A DNA stretch of 64,000 bases from Somniosus microcephalus (Eukaryota). Where the stretch lies: contig CM126208.1 in NCBI GenBank assembly GCA_052327205.1, positions 193,068,001 to 193,132,000 on the forward strand, read 5' to 3'. The notes under the pieces were generated by a model, which was not told the origin of the DNA, made no database searches, and saw nothing but the letters and a program-made list of their open reading frames with translations. Positions 1 to 13,554 of the stretch are shown one piece after another. Every line of letters starts with the position of its first letter. Position 1 is the first letter of the stretch. The position numbers and the translations under genes were made by a program.

Positions 1-180
1 ACTTGTTACTTGTCTGGCATTAGTCTGAATAGAAACTGAAAAATCTATGAACTATGCTAAGGAGGCAAGAAATATTTTTCACAAAACTTAGTTTTGAAAT
101 TCTGCAAATATGTCTGGTTTCCCAGATAACATTACATTCCCTCAATGACCTACTAACTACATTCTATTCTCAGAAACATC

Positions 181-2101
181 GGGGGAAGATTTTTGGGGAT
201 CAGCAGGCATGTTTGTTGGCAGGTCGAGTGGGAAAATGTTTTTTTTTTGACAGGTCAGGAACCTGCTGTCAACCCGCCGCCATGCGGCTTTCCCAAATGT
301 TGTGTCTGTTAGCACTGAACAGACCCGACATGCACTGGCGGGAAAGCCAATTGAGCCAATTATTGGCTTGTTTAGAAGCTCTTAACAGTGATATTTTACT
401 CACCTTTGAACGTTATCAGGTCACCCATGGATTTCACGTTGCTCTTGGACACTGTCTGTTCATCTGAGGCGGAGTTTAGTGGCCATTGAAGCAGATGATT
501 GGTGACAGCATTAAAACTTGTATAAAACCTCACAATTTAAACCTGCACACTTTCCAAACACTTGTGCTTTATGCTGGCTGCAGGTCATTGTAGCAAACTC
601 TCCAGCCAGGCTCACCTCATTGCAGCAAACTCTCCAGCCAGGCTCACCTCATTGCAGCAATCTCTCTCACCTTTGACAGAGTCATCTCACCTTCAACTGG
701 TATCTATTCAATCAGGATGGGAACCATTTACACTCTGTCACCTTGGATCTCAGAATCTGACCATGATCAGTCCCAACACTAGCATCACCAGGCACACCAG
801 CAGCACCAACAACAACATCAACCTTCTCCGCAATCAACTGATGCTGCGCAGGATACAGGACATCAGTATCTGACCACATTGCTGTCTGGGACACCAGGGA
901 TGGACTCACCATGGCCAGATTTAGTTCACTTGACGCTGTACACCCTGGCTGCCACATGATGCGCCAGGTTGGCACCAAACCACACCAACACCATACAGCA
1001 TTGCTACAATGTCCAAGCCATTCCTTTCACACTCATGACTATTGCGGGGGGGTACTGTTATTTCTCACCATTCACTGCAACTCACTAAGCACTTCAAAGG
1101 TGCACACAGATCTGTCCAAGAACGCAAAGTATTGAAAATAAAGGTTTCAATGTTTGACACCATATCAACAGAAACTTTACAAGAACATTGGCTAAAACAC
1201 CCAAGTGTCTACCCTTGTGTGTTGTTAGTTGGTATGATTGGACAAGGATGAGGGTGAGTGTGACGGGTGGCTAGTGAGATGGGGAAGTGGTAATGTAGAT
1301 AGAGCGGGGTGGGTGGAGGTGCAAGGTAAGTTGGTGTGAGAAAGGATGTGCAGGAATAGGGTAGGGAAGGCACAGTCATGGGGATGTGATGAGTGGCACA
1401 GCAGGAGGAGGTTGAGTGTGGCTTTGCAGTAACGTTTAGCGATCTACTGAGATCATTGAACAATGTAGAAAATCCGACAACCATATCAAAAAATCGCTTA
1501 AGACTTCAAGTAAACTACTTTTAACCAGAACCCGAAACTTCTTCAAAAACAAGTAATACCAGTGCAACGCCAGTCCTATTGGCACTCTAATAACTCCTCG
1601 TCTTCACTTGACGTTATCCAACCAAATAATGTCATAATCCTTATCCACAGTCTTCAACCTTTCCACAGAAAAGAAGCCGACCACTTGGTCCTCCTGCCAG
1701 GCTGTGTTGATCTCCTGGAGAGGTCTCTTCCGCCCATGGGAAGGGAAGAGGACCTCCCTGCGTGCTGCATATGGAGCGAGTCATGGGAGAGCCTGGGTGC
1801 AGCCGTACACCTCTGTGCAGTGCTTGTCAGTGTTTGCAGCACTTCAATGCTGTAGAATACTGACAACACAACTGTCAAAATCAATTTGCGCATGGTTCCT
1901 TTAAGGTAACTAGCTGATGACGCATCATCAAATGACATTATCAGACTCGCTTCTTTTAATTGGCCGGAAAACACGGGCTGGCTTAACAAGCCCAATCAGG
2001 GTAAAATAATTCTATACAATGAGCTGGAACCAGCAGTGGGGTCGGGACACCCCACCGACGTCACCTGCCACAGACCCGCCAAGGTAGGGGAAATCGTGGC
2101 C
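181..2101. mobile_element. Degenerate non-autonomous Harbinger-type element (same family as 38343-40150)
   Basis: Extensive similarity to 38343-40150 (e.g. 763-870 vs 38926-39060). Myb/SANT remnants on - strand (AAPRLSHDSL..., FNDLSRS). Degenerate terminal inverted repeats flanked by ATC/ATC. Confidence 0.65.
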
Positions 2102-3259
2102 ATCATATTTCAAAGCCATGAATTCCTGTGATTTGTTTGGTTTGCTGTTAGATACAGAGAAAAGCATGATTATTTTACCTCCTTCGTCTGTTAATAACGT
2201 GGACATTGAGCGTCATATCGAGTTTGCATTTATTGCAAATCAGTCATTGATACATGCTCTTCAATATTTTGGAAGACATCTTCTTTCCTTGTATGTATTG
2301 AATCTCTGAACCGCATCATCACTTTTGATCTTGCTTTATCAGGTACAGAGGGGGTGACTGTATAAATTTCCATTTGAAGTCAAATGATCAAAAAAATACC
2401 TTTCAGTGTCCAAAATCTTTGATTTCAATAAGTTAATGAACTTCATCCTCGTTATATTAAGTTAATTTAAGTGCTTTTCCACAAACAGTGTTGCTGTGAA
2501 TGATGCAAACCTGAAGATTCAGCATGTGTTCTGGCACAGTAGTGGATTATACAGTTATCATATTGGTGAAAACCTGCAGTCCCTAGGACAACATTGAGCT
2601 ACTGAAGCTCACAATTTTGTCGCAATCTATTTATTAGCAGCTCTAAAGAACATTTCGCTCCATTTTCCTCTGGTAGTCCAGCATCTCAGTAACATATTTA
2701 ATTAGCTCTACAGCACCCAGCATAGAACACATTGAAGCTTCATTATAGTGATATGCAAAAGCAAGGAATACAGTATGAAATAAGTAATGGAAAAAGACTA
2801 GAACAAAACATAGTCATATAAAATTATTGTGCTATTTTAACTGAGATATGAGCTGTTTAATTTTAATGTGTTAATACCTCTGTTAAAATAGCAGTGATTT
2901 CATACAACCTTGTGAAGCATTTGTAAGCTATTATCGCAGAGTGTAATTTCTAGCCTTGCAACAATTACTACAACTACTTCTGAGCATTTGATTTTTTCAA
3001 AAAAGATTAGTAATCATAAGCCTTCAAGCTTTACTGACATCCAACAATTAAAACAAATTACTGCCATTTTCCATTTAACAAATTTTAGCATAATCATTCA
3101 TTTACTGACTAAAAGTTACTCACTGCATTTAAAAAATACCCTACTGCTTTCAATTAATAATTAAACTATTCACTAAGTTTAAAAAAAATCATTTTTATGA
3201 ATCAATAAGTTCCTCACTACAGTCAATAAAGATAATTTTTTTAATTGATCTTATCAATC

Positions 3260-3640
3260 AGAGGGATGTTTGTCCTCCAGAATGGAATTCTTCCCACTCC
3301 AGGCCAGGTGTAGCACAGCCAGACGCAGAGGAAAACTGTTTCTATTTAGCCCTAACCTCAAGAGGAAACACGACCACACCAGTGTGACATTGTTTCTCCC
3401 AATTTTCCACACCAGCCATTCTGTGGCCTCTTGGAGTAAGATTACCAATTGGTGTCAAATTAGAGAGAGTTTGGGCAGTAGGTCCATGGTCGCTAGGAAC
3501 TGGAATGAGACTGCCCAAACTCAGTTTACAGAGGATCCTTACAGCTAACACACAAGAGGTGACTTTCATCCCATCAATCTGGATTTGAACCCAAGTCCTA
3601 GAGGTAAAAGGCTAGTGTCTAATGCACTGGTCACCTGGGT
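3260..3640 (-). mobile_element. Ancient tRNA-derived SINE, LF-SINE-like
   Basis: Minus strand has a tRNA-like head (GCCTTTTACCTCTAGG...GGGTTCAAATCCAG, B box) followed by GTCTCATTCCAGTTCCTAG, resembling the LF-SINE consensus as recalled. Ends approximate. Confidence 0.5.
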
Positions 3641-4592
3641 TCTGATAATAATTTATGACATTTTCATCTGAAATTATTAATTTCAACAAATCTGCACCAT
3701 TTGCCCATGAGCAATGCTATGGGAAATCATCAAATTTTTTTTAACATCTTTCTTTTTATTTTTGTTTATTAGAGATTTAAATGTGACGAGAAAATTAATG
3801 TGCTATCTTGCAAAATCATACTTCAGGAAGTTCATTTTCAAACACTTATTACAAATTAAAATTCTGTTACTATCCAGTGGTTCAGTCTACCTCTACAACT
3901 ATTGCAGTGTCATGTGAGACTAGACTTCATTTTAATCAAATGGAAATGTCACGATTGCTGGCTGTTTAATTACAGCAGCAGTTCTGACGTCTCACGCACG
4001 GATTGAATCTGTCACACAAGACTAATTAAATGTAGCAAATGTACCTGCTTTAGAGTGTGGAGACATAAAAACTTTGTTATACAGAGTATCAACTGCCATA
4101 TATGAGACTAATCCTCTCACTACTTCAAATAGTTTAACAAAAGAATTCGGGAATGCTGCCCTGAATTGTAAAAACTGCTAAATGGTGAGGACTGTTAGTC
4201 AAATTATATGAACAGGAGGCAACAAATAAATCTGATGGTCTAGAGCATCTTTTATGCTGAAGATGAAAACCAAGTAATCCTTGAAGCTCCCATATGAGAT
4301 CAATGTTAAAAAATACTTAAACCACAATATAGATGATCCATTCCCTTTTCTGTGGTGATCTATGTACAAGCAAATATGTCTAAATTGAAATTAAGTTAGC
4401 TGTTATGTTATTTCACATGCTAACGCATTAGTATAAATCAAATTATCAAAGTTATGGCTGAATATATGTAGTGTGAGTGTAACTCCTGGCATAGGAGAAA
4501 ATAGTGTTAAGCTTTTGAGATGTGCCAAATACATTCGACAAGGAAATAAATCATTTTTCTTGTGCAGGGACTGTTCCCATCAGAAATAATTA

Positions 4593-4913
<321 letters not shown>

Positions 4914-7341
4914 TTAAATCAACAATATTGCTGACTAAAAACTCATTCTAAACACAAATTATTTAATCTTAAAATGTAACAACCTTTGACAGCTTAACCC
5001 CTAAAAAACCTATTAAACATAAACTATTAAAAATTATTGTTTAATATACTCAAGGCTATATACAAGATACCCTTCATAGTTTCATCTTGAATATCATTGG
5101 ATGGCTCATTTTTCTTAAAATCACTGATTCCCGATGTACAACCTAAATATGAACGTCACATCTTGATAGAATATATTGGGATAGATCTTATGAATTAACA
5201 TTCGCAGCACAGAGCTTTGCATAACAGGAGCGCATATCATGAATTTGAGCATGGGAGTTAATGTACCCTGCATATTTTTCCATTCATTAAATCGCAAAAC
5301 TATTATTTTTGTCAGAGCGTGATAGAACTGTTGTGCATTTCTAGCATTTTCTGTTTTTATTTCAGCAACACCGTTATTTTGATACAGAATGAGTTGGGCT
5401 AAGTTCTTTCTTATTCCTTTGTGTTCTTACAGACTGCCATGTTAAAATGGCATACAGGGGAAAATATACCTACAATTTCACCTTGGGGAGCTCAGTTGAA
5501 GTCAATAAACCACACAAGGTTTGCATCTGAGCTGATCTATTTTAGTTTTGTTTTTCACTCCAACTTTTTTAAACGCCTAATGAGGTCCTCTTTTCCCTAT
5601 GATTTCTCCTGCGAGACCATTTCTGTTGCAATGCCACTATTATTAGCTACCATAAAGCAACCTGTCGAGACTCCCCATTTGACACTTTTTCTTTCAGTGG
5701 GAATGTAACTGTCCTCAGCTTATCAGCTTCTCATAACACAGGTAGGGTTACAAACACAGCAATGCAGGACTCACCCCTGTACCCAATAGGTCCTGGCAAT
5801 GCAGGCTGTGCTCTAGCATGCTGCATCACTGCTCAGTCTGTTCTGGTCATTAATTTCTATATTTGTGCCTGATGCGGAATATATAAGAGACACAAGAGTA
5901 AATTTTGCAAAGCGAGGGTCTCGCTTGACAGAAAAACGATTGGAGAATTGAGCATGGAGGTCAGCACATTTCATAGAGCTCCAGGTTTTCTGGTTATTAA
6001 AATTAATGACTGGAAAGTGGAGCATCACAAATCAAGCACACTGACCTTCGTACTCCCATCATAAGCACAGCCTCACAAAATATTCCTTTTCAGTAAGAGC
6101 CAAGATAACATGATTGTTTAAAACACTCAAGACTTTGAAGAACAAATGTGCGCTTGTTCTCAGTCCAATGACTTCCCATGTACAATAATTTGAATACATG
6201 CTAGACTTAATCCCTCTAAATTCATCATAAATACAACTGGAGGTGGAAGTCTTCATTTTTTTGGCAATTCTGCCTGGGTAGAAAGGAAATAGGACAATCC
6301 TTTGCTAATGAATGCTCAGCCAAAGAATGCAGTGGTTCGGAAAAGTTAGATAAATGTTGAGGAAACGTGACCTTAAAGTTCAATTCTATTAATTCTGAAA
6401 CCATGACTGTTCAGATATCAAATGTAATCTTCTCTCTAAATGAACTTGACAAGTAATCACACAGTAGTCTGGGTCACACTAGTAATCGTCTTACATTTAT
6501 CCTCATCAGCTGTAGAAGGTGCAGATAAGTAAATATTTTTACATTCAGGAAGTTACTCTAACAACGTTTCTGTGTTTTTTAATGCTTTTACCCTCAGTAA
6601 CCCTCAGCTACATAAAGCAATCAAACTAATGGTGCTTCATCAGTTTTCCCCCCTGCTGAGTAGAGAATACATCAATTTATACCACAAATATGATCCGATA
6701 ATAGATCTTTTTGGATCATTAACTCCACCTGCGGTAGCACTAACCCCAACACCTATAGGAACCAACTCCCATAAGGATTCCAGTGTCCTCTGATGGTTGC
6801 CAAAGTCTTTTTACTATCTCCCCACTCCTTCCCTCTACGTCCCTCTTATAACCACACTTGAATTTTGCTGTTCCTTTTTCACCTAACAGATTTTTTGTTC
6901 CTCAGCTTCCAGTTTTCTCTCCTGCGTTTCCTTCCCCTTTCCTTCAAAACTGCTCAAGGTATTAGGAGGGCTGTTTCTACTGAAATGTATTGTGGCAAAT
7001 ATGGCTCAAGGAAACACCCATTTAATCATTGGAGACCTGAATCGGTTAGTATGCTTCAGAATGCTGCCCTATCATCAGGTGAAAATCCAGAGCAGTACTA
7101 GCTTCCAACACTGTGCATCTATGTCTGGAGGGCACTACACAAGGCTATCAACAAGCCACTGGAAGTGCAGTGTTAGATCTGCCTGTCTCCTTTTACATTA
7201 CAGCTGTAGCAGCCTCTTTGGGGTAGATATTCATCTCGGGCAGTGGCACAAAATGGGAGGTACTGGATCGACCACCCGTTATATGCAGCGCCTGATATTT
7301 AATTCCATTAACTGCAATGGAACTGAATATCAGGTGCTGCG

Positions 7342-7402
7342 AATAAGAACATAAGAAACAGGAGCAGGAGTAGGCCATTTGGCCCCTCGAGCCTACTTCT
7401 GC
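7342..7402 (-). mobile_element. CR1 LINE 3' tail fragment
   Basis: Reverse complement of the CR1 tail at 59760-59825 (ggcctactcctgctcct...ttcttatgttcttat). Confidence 0.7.
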
Positions 7403-8438
7403 TAATGGGCGGCCGATCTGATACCGCCCATTTTGCGCCGCCTCCCGAGACGAATTTCTATCCCTTTGTCTTTTGTTCTCTCAAAAACCATGAATATAAA
7501 AGTTCAACCTAAAGATTCACAACTTATCATTGCATCTGATGCACCCAAAACCATATTACATTCATCTCTATACTGCTGGGCTCTTCTGACTACAGTCTTA
7601 TACCTGCCTCTTCAAAAACTCCCTGCCAGGAAGATGCAGCCCTGTATTGTTTGACATTATACACCAATTGTGATTCCCTGTGAAGTGCAGCTTGGAATGG
7701 CCATCTACTAGTGCATATGGGGATTTGGGAAATCTGGTTTATAACTTACATTTTAAGAAATATGGTCACTGGATCCAATGTAGCATGCCAATTTCTTGAC
7801 CCATTGGTGAACAGCCAAGTGACTGATTTGGCATGCAACACTGGTAGTGGCTTGGAAAAAATAATGACAGGAAGAGGACTGCCTGTGGTAGAGGGTGCCT
7901 GTAGGTTGGCCTCAAGGAGATGGTGTAGTTATTTGACAGCTTCCCTTGTGAAGGGACGTACCAGAGAGGTCCCCTTTCATCTGCACAAGAAGAGCTGTTT
8001 AGCTCAGCAACTTTAGTCAGGACATGTGTGTAACTAATGCTCAAAGTGCAGTCACACCTTGAAGTTCATTGAAACCCCCAAACGGAATATAAGGGTGAGC
8101 TGCACAATGGAAGAGGAGGAGGAGGAGGAGGAGGCATTTCAAAATACATGAGGCTAGAGTTTCCTACACTAGCAAGGTGGGATAGTGACAGAAACTGCAG
8201 GAGAATGAAGCAGTGAAACCTGCTGCCACCTCCATGCCCGAACCTGGATTTCCCACTGATCATCCCTTCCATGCCCACTGAATGAAAATGCTGATGGTGT
8301 AGTGGGGGGTGGGGGGGTGAAGGCCTTCTTTCTCTCAATTATTCCCCATACACCTACCCTTTTAGGCCTCTGTCTCAGCCAAGGCCTAAAAGATGTTTCA
8401 TTTTGTCTTCAGAGCTCTTTTGCCCCTTGTGAAACTCA

Positions 8439-9798
8439 GGCCTAGAAATTCAGTTGCTTGCGCCAGCCGGTAGCGCCTTAGGAGGAGGAGATGTTGGGCG
8501 CTAGGCGGCTAGCGGCCGGGCGCAGCGCGATCTGCGCCTCTCCCCAACTTCACTAGAGATTTAGCGTCGGCGCAAAGTCTTTGCGCGCGCTCAGCTGCGC
8601 GCGCAGATCCTGACGTCATTTCATCGTGCAACGCCCTTTGTGCGCCCCAACCGGAACTTCAGTGGCGCCGCCCTTCTTTGCGCCTGGCACCCCCAGCGAC
8701 TGGTAGAGGGGAACGGTCCCCAGTCGCTGCGGGGTGCGGGGGGCGCTATTTAAAGGGGACTCCTCCTGCATTATAAGTGACAGCCATTTTGTGCCAATCC
8801 TTCTGTGTGAGAGACAAAGGCAGAGAGCTTTCTGCTTTGACTCAGCGCTCGCACAGGTACTTCTGGCTTCAGGCCAGAGCTTTGCACTTGGATTTCACTT
8901 TCAGTGCCATAGCCTTGAGTCGCCACATATACTGTAATGGGGGCTACAATGGGTGGAAACGTTGGCTTTCTGCATTGCATTCAAAGGGATCAGAGACGCC
9001 GTGAGAGAGTGCCAGTCATGGCCAGACGGAGAAGGGCCAACAGGTGTCGGCACAGGAGGCCTTACCCACCCAGGGTATACCGCCAGCAGTTCTCATATCT
9101 GAACATGTCTGAGGAGCAGTGTGTTCGGAGGCTGCTATTCAGAAGGGAGGTGGCCACTGAGATCTACCACCTGCTTCGCAGAAATCTGCAGCCACAGCTG
9201 AGGAGCAGGACGTCTCTGTCGGTGGCAGTGAAGGTGACAGTGGCTCTCAACTTCTATGCCACCGGCTCCTTCCAATCCGCTACTGGGGACATTGCCAACA
9301 TCTCCCAGTTCGCGGTACATTGCTGCATCCGACAGGTGAACAATGCCCTTTTCAGAAGGAGACGTCAGACATCTCCTTCCCCATGACCCTGGACAAGCAG
9401 CAAGAGCGTACAATGGGATTTGGAAGAATAGCGGGCTTCCCCATGGTCCAGGGCGTAGAACTGATGAACCAGCATTGGTCAGGCCTTGCTTCAGGGCTGC
9501 AGTGCATGGCAGTCAGAGAAGTCCACCCTCCCCCTTTAAGAGCTGACCGGCGCCAGAGTGTCTGCCGTCAAGCAGCAACTCGCCGCACCTGCGCTGCGCC
9601 CGCCCTCGGGGGTATCGCCCCGGACCGCCGGCTTAGCGCCTAATGATAGTCGTGCATCGCCTGTTTTAGCGCAGCAGCAACCTCTTGGGGCGATGCGACT
9701 GAATATCGGTGAAGGTGGCGCGAACTTGCGCCAGGCGCAAACTTTAGCGGCCGCCCGACTGTAGCGCCCCGAACGTGGCTATACTGAATTTCTAGGCC
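8439..9798 (+). mobile_element. Harbinger internal-deletion derivative (element A)
   Basis: Perfect 16-bp TIRs GGCCTAGAAATTCAGT and TSD TCA/TCA. The 5' part of the transposase is joined at about 9455 to a right end homologous to 24540-24867. Confidence 0.92.
8937..9455 (+). pseudogene. Truncated HARBI1-like Harbinger transposase
   Basis: VKVTVALNFYATGSFQ...ISQFAVHCCIRQV, then a frameshift, then GFGRIAGFPMVQG; stops before the first catalytic Asp. Confidence 0.9.
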
Positions 9799-10169
9799 TC
9801 AGTGCTTCAAATGGAGCATTGCAAAATATACCCTCGTAAGTTAGCCATCTGAGAATTCTTTTATTTCCTTCCTCTGATTCAACTATTGCTTTCACTCCGC
9901 TAACCCTTCTATCTGTGCCTGTGAAATAAATGGCAGTATTCTAGCTGGCACAGAATGCATCGTAACTCACTCTTACCCTTCCGTCAGGTCTGGTATTATA
10001 TCTTGGTTCAATCATGCCTGTTATTCTTCTGTGTCTCATAAGAAAGCTGTCTGTTGCTCCTGGCGTCTTGATCAATTCAAACATTTTGACCAACATCAAA
10101 TTGATTCACTCGCTCGACATCTGGTATTAATGGCACCCTCTTATCAATCTCAAGATATGTAACTCTGAA

Positions 10170-10596
10170 CTTACTGCTGTCCTATACCATCTTTTCAATC
10201 AACCTTGCCTTGTCCTAGGAAATTTGTTCCTGTTCAGCAAACCTAAGAAAAGTGATCCTTCTCACCCTTCTAACTCCCACCTTTTTTGCCCTTACATCAA
10301 TAACTCTTTAAATTTCTGCAAGTTGCTGCTAATTCTCAAATTATTTATCACTTTTGCAAAATGTTCTACTGGTGAGCTTGTTTCCTGCATTACACACCTC
10401 TGGAATGATGCTCTTCAACACTTTGGTTAATGATCTGTCATTGCCTTGGACATCTCCAAACCCTTTGAAGGGTCTGGCATCATGCTCTTCCAAGCAAGTT
10501 ACCATTATTTAAAATCTGGCCAAAGCTATGTTCATAACTATCTACTTTCCTTTTGCATCACTGCACCAATGCCACAGCTGATAGTTTGTCTTCTAG
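10170..10596 (+). mobile_element. Old L2/Crack/CR1-group LINE RT remnant, part 1 (split by Harbinger B)
   Basis: Degenerate PKKSDPSHPSN, STGEL..ITHLWNDAL and IALDISK motifs. Resumes at 28474 with GVPQG and FADD. Confidence 0.65.
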
Positions 10597-10957
10597 GGGG
10601 GAGAAATTCGGTATCGCCCCATCTGGGGCGCAATTATCGGCCAGGCGCAAAGATTAGCGCCTGGCGCTTATTATTGCCTCCGGCAGCAAACTTGGCTTTT
10701 ATCGCCCCTGGAGGTGATTGGAGCGCTAAATCAGGTGCTACACAACTCTCTTAAGGCGCTAAGGCCGAGGAGCGAGGCGCTACCTCAGAGGGCGGGCGCA
10801 GCGCAGGTGCTGTCAGTTAGCGATTGAACACAGACACACTGGCGCCGGTCAGTTCTTAAAGGGGAGGGTCGATCTTGTTCTGCAGCCACACCCTGCTCAT
10901 TGGAGCCTTGAATCTCAGCCTGGGCAGACCTGTGGCTAAATCTAGCAGCCAGACACT

Positions 10958-12758
10958 ATGGAAAGGGCCAGGGAGCGAGCACAGCGCTTCTGCGAGCGGG
11001 CTTTGGAGGCTCTGGCTCACGGGGTGGAGCGCAGAGGATACATTCTGTACCCAGAGAGTGGCAGGAGACCTTTGCCACGCGAGTACAGAAAAGTGTGGAG
11101 GGAGGTGGCTCAGAGAGTGTCCTCAAGTAGCATGGTGCCTAGGACCCATGTGCAATGTAAGAAAAAGTTCAACGACCTCACTCGGGTTGTCAGGGTGAGT
11201 GCCTTTTTTTCAAAACCTCTTCATCCCTCCATCTCAACCTCACTTTATGGCCAGAGGGTCTTGAAAGCCCCAATGCCCAACACTCATCCAACACCTATGG
11301 CCCTTTCATCAAACACACATGCACATTCCACACTTTGCATACAGTAAGGGCTATTCAACCATGGGAGGCATTTCAGGCAAGATCATGGCTGCATACAGCG
11401 AGGGCTATTCAACCATGGGAGGCATTTCAGGCAAGATCATGGCTGCATATTTACTCAGACGCCGTCCTTTTTCTTGCAGGCCAAGCTGTCTCATAATAGG
11501 AGACAGCAGCAACGGATCGGTGGAGGGCGGCCTCACCTTCAAGCCCTCAGCGATCTTGAGCAGTGCGTCCACAGGATTGTGGCAAGCCGGGTGATTGGTC
11601 CCGTCGCCACTGGAGATGCCGACCCCGTTCTGGACAGCAATGGTAAGGTCATCACCTTTTTTCCTCTCTCCTTCCACTTGTTCCTCACAACAGCAGCCTT
11701 TGACACTTTCAATCAATATCACTAAATCGCTGCACTCATGCCTCCCTTGCTGCCACCCTGTCCTCATGCTAAAGCCACTCTTGTACCTTCCTGCTTTCAG
11801 ATGGTGATTCACCAGGTGAGGAGACGGGCCCTCAAGCTGCCAGTGAGAGTGAAGCTGAAGGCGAGGAGGAAGAGGAAGCCGGACCATCAGCGCCACCCTC
11901 TACTGAGGCAGCCCATGCCCATACTGGGGACATGCCTTCCCTGGAGGGGAGCAGGGGGGGAATGGTCTGATGAGGGTGAAGCTCCAGGACCCAGTGGGCT
12001 GCAGCAATGCGAGGGGGGGTAGGGAAGCTCGGGGGCCTTCTCCCCAGAGGGAGAGTATGGCCTCGAGTCCTGCTGCACTGGACGCAGATGAGGAGTGGGT
12101 CCTCGCTGAAATGAGCACCCAGGCGGAGCGAAGGCACACTGAGCTCATGGCTGCAGTGGCAAGGATGCCCGAATCCATTGAATCACTGGCAAGGAGTGTG
12201 GAGCACTTCGCTGTAGCACAGGTGGCTGCCACACAAATGCTAAGTGCTGCAATGCAGTCAGTGGCTGGTCTCATGCAGACGCAGATTGAGGCCACGCGAG
12301 CACTGACTGCTGCCACCCTCGCTGGATCGGGCAGATTTCCCCGGGTTCTCACCGCGCCGCAGCAGGCCAGCACTCTGTGCTCCATCAGATTGTTCCGGAT
12401 GCTGAAGTGCTGCCCCGTGGGAGTGCCAGTGTGTCGGTTGAGCAGGGAGTTGCTGTACTCTCTCAAAATGACAGCATTCCTGCTGCTACCACTGGCACTT
12501 CTCCACTGCAGATGCCACCAACTGTAGGAAAGACTGCTGCCGTCCATGCAGAGTTGGAGCAGTCAGCAGCCGGGCCCTCCAGGCCCAGAGTTGGTCCAGG
12601 CCGTCCCTCAAGGGCATCTGCAGTCTCAGTTTCTGACACTCAGCAGCCTTCCCCCCAGCCTTGCTCCAGCCACTGGGGTCCCATTACAGAGGAGCTACAG
12701 GGTGGGAAGGGGGGAATTTTGCAAGGGAAGCAGATCACCCTCAAAGGGCAAAAAGTAG
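10958..12758 (+). pseudogene. Harbinger Myb/SANT (trihelix) DNA-binding protein gene, 3 exons (10958-11194, 11480-11642, 11801-~12750)
   Basis: MERARERAQRF...W..VA..V...QCKKKFNDL. GT-AG introns; exon sizes 237 and 163 nt match element C. Frameshifts in exon 3; 3' end approximate. Confidence 0.88.
11337..11449 (+). repeat. 54-bp tandem repeat x2 in Myb intron 1
   Basis: GCATACAG(TA/CG)AGGGCTATTCAACCATGGGAGGCATTTCAGGCAAGATCATGGCT is duplicated. Confidence 0.95.
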
Positions 12759-13265
12759 GAGGTGTGGCAAAATGTTTTTCATTGTTTTATTGAAGGCCGA
12801 GGTTCGTGGTCAAATTTTTGTTACTGTTTTGGACATTGTCTCCAGGTTGTGAGAGCCAGTTATGTGAATGTCTGCTTTTTTTTGTGTTTCTTTCTATTAC
12901 TTTGTCATGCGGAAATGAGACACAGTTTGTGAAATAAAGAAGTGTCTGTATTCAAAATGTACATTCCTCGAAATGCCCACTTTGAAGAAGTTCTGCTGTT
13001 CTCTCCGATGGGATTTCCGTTTGTCTATTCAACCTTGTTCATCTTCCTTGCTTTCAGTTTTACTTCTCGTGTTTGATCAGGTATCTGCCAAGACTCGGTT
13101 TCACAGCCACATCTCTTTCCTCAGTAACTGTCTCCGGTTCAGAGTTATTCCACGTGGATTCCAACTAAGCTTCCACCCTTCATGTTTCGGATCCACCCAG
13201 GATTACAAATATCTCCTCGATATTCATCGTTCCTCGAACTACTGCTCTCGCCGCATCTTGAGGTC

Positions 13266-13554
13266 TGATGTGCCTCAATAATTCCGAGACTCGATGTTAG
13301 CGAAACAAAACAAGGCTTTTATTAACTTAGAAGGTAACACGTAGTGGAGAGAGGTATCTTCCATCCGGAGGGCTGCAGTACTGGATATGAGGCCAGACTG
13401 AGCTTGCTTACATAGGGGCCAGGTATGGGTGGAGCCCTACACACAACACATTCCAATATACAATACAATGGTGAGGAAACGGAACTGGGGGAAGGGAAAT
13501 GAAACTGAAACCGACCACAGTCACAGGCAGTGATGAATGGGATATTTCATCACA
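13266..13554 (-). mobile_element. Solo LTR (289 bp)
   Basis: TG...CA termini and 5-bp TSD AGGTC/AGATC. Removing it restores the Penelope ORF (RILRSTLNGM). AATAAA on - strand. Confidence 0.8.

Noticed and set aside
2118-2345. Short ORFs in unique sequence
   Set aside because: No recognisable motif, and length is compatible with chance.
3575-3640. tRNA gene
   Set aside because: Only a B-box-containing SINE head; no complete cloverleaf.
5813-6280. Possible host exon on the - strand
   Set aside because: Acceptor-like site, but in-frame stops and no recognisable protein.
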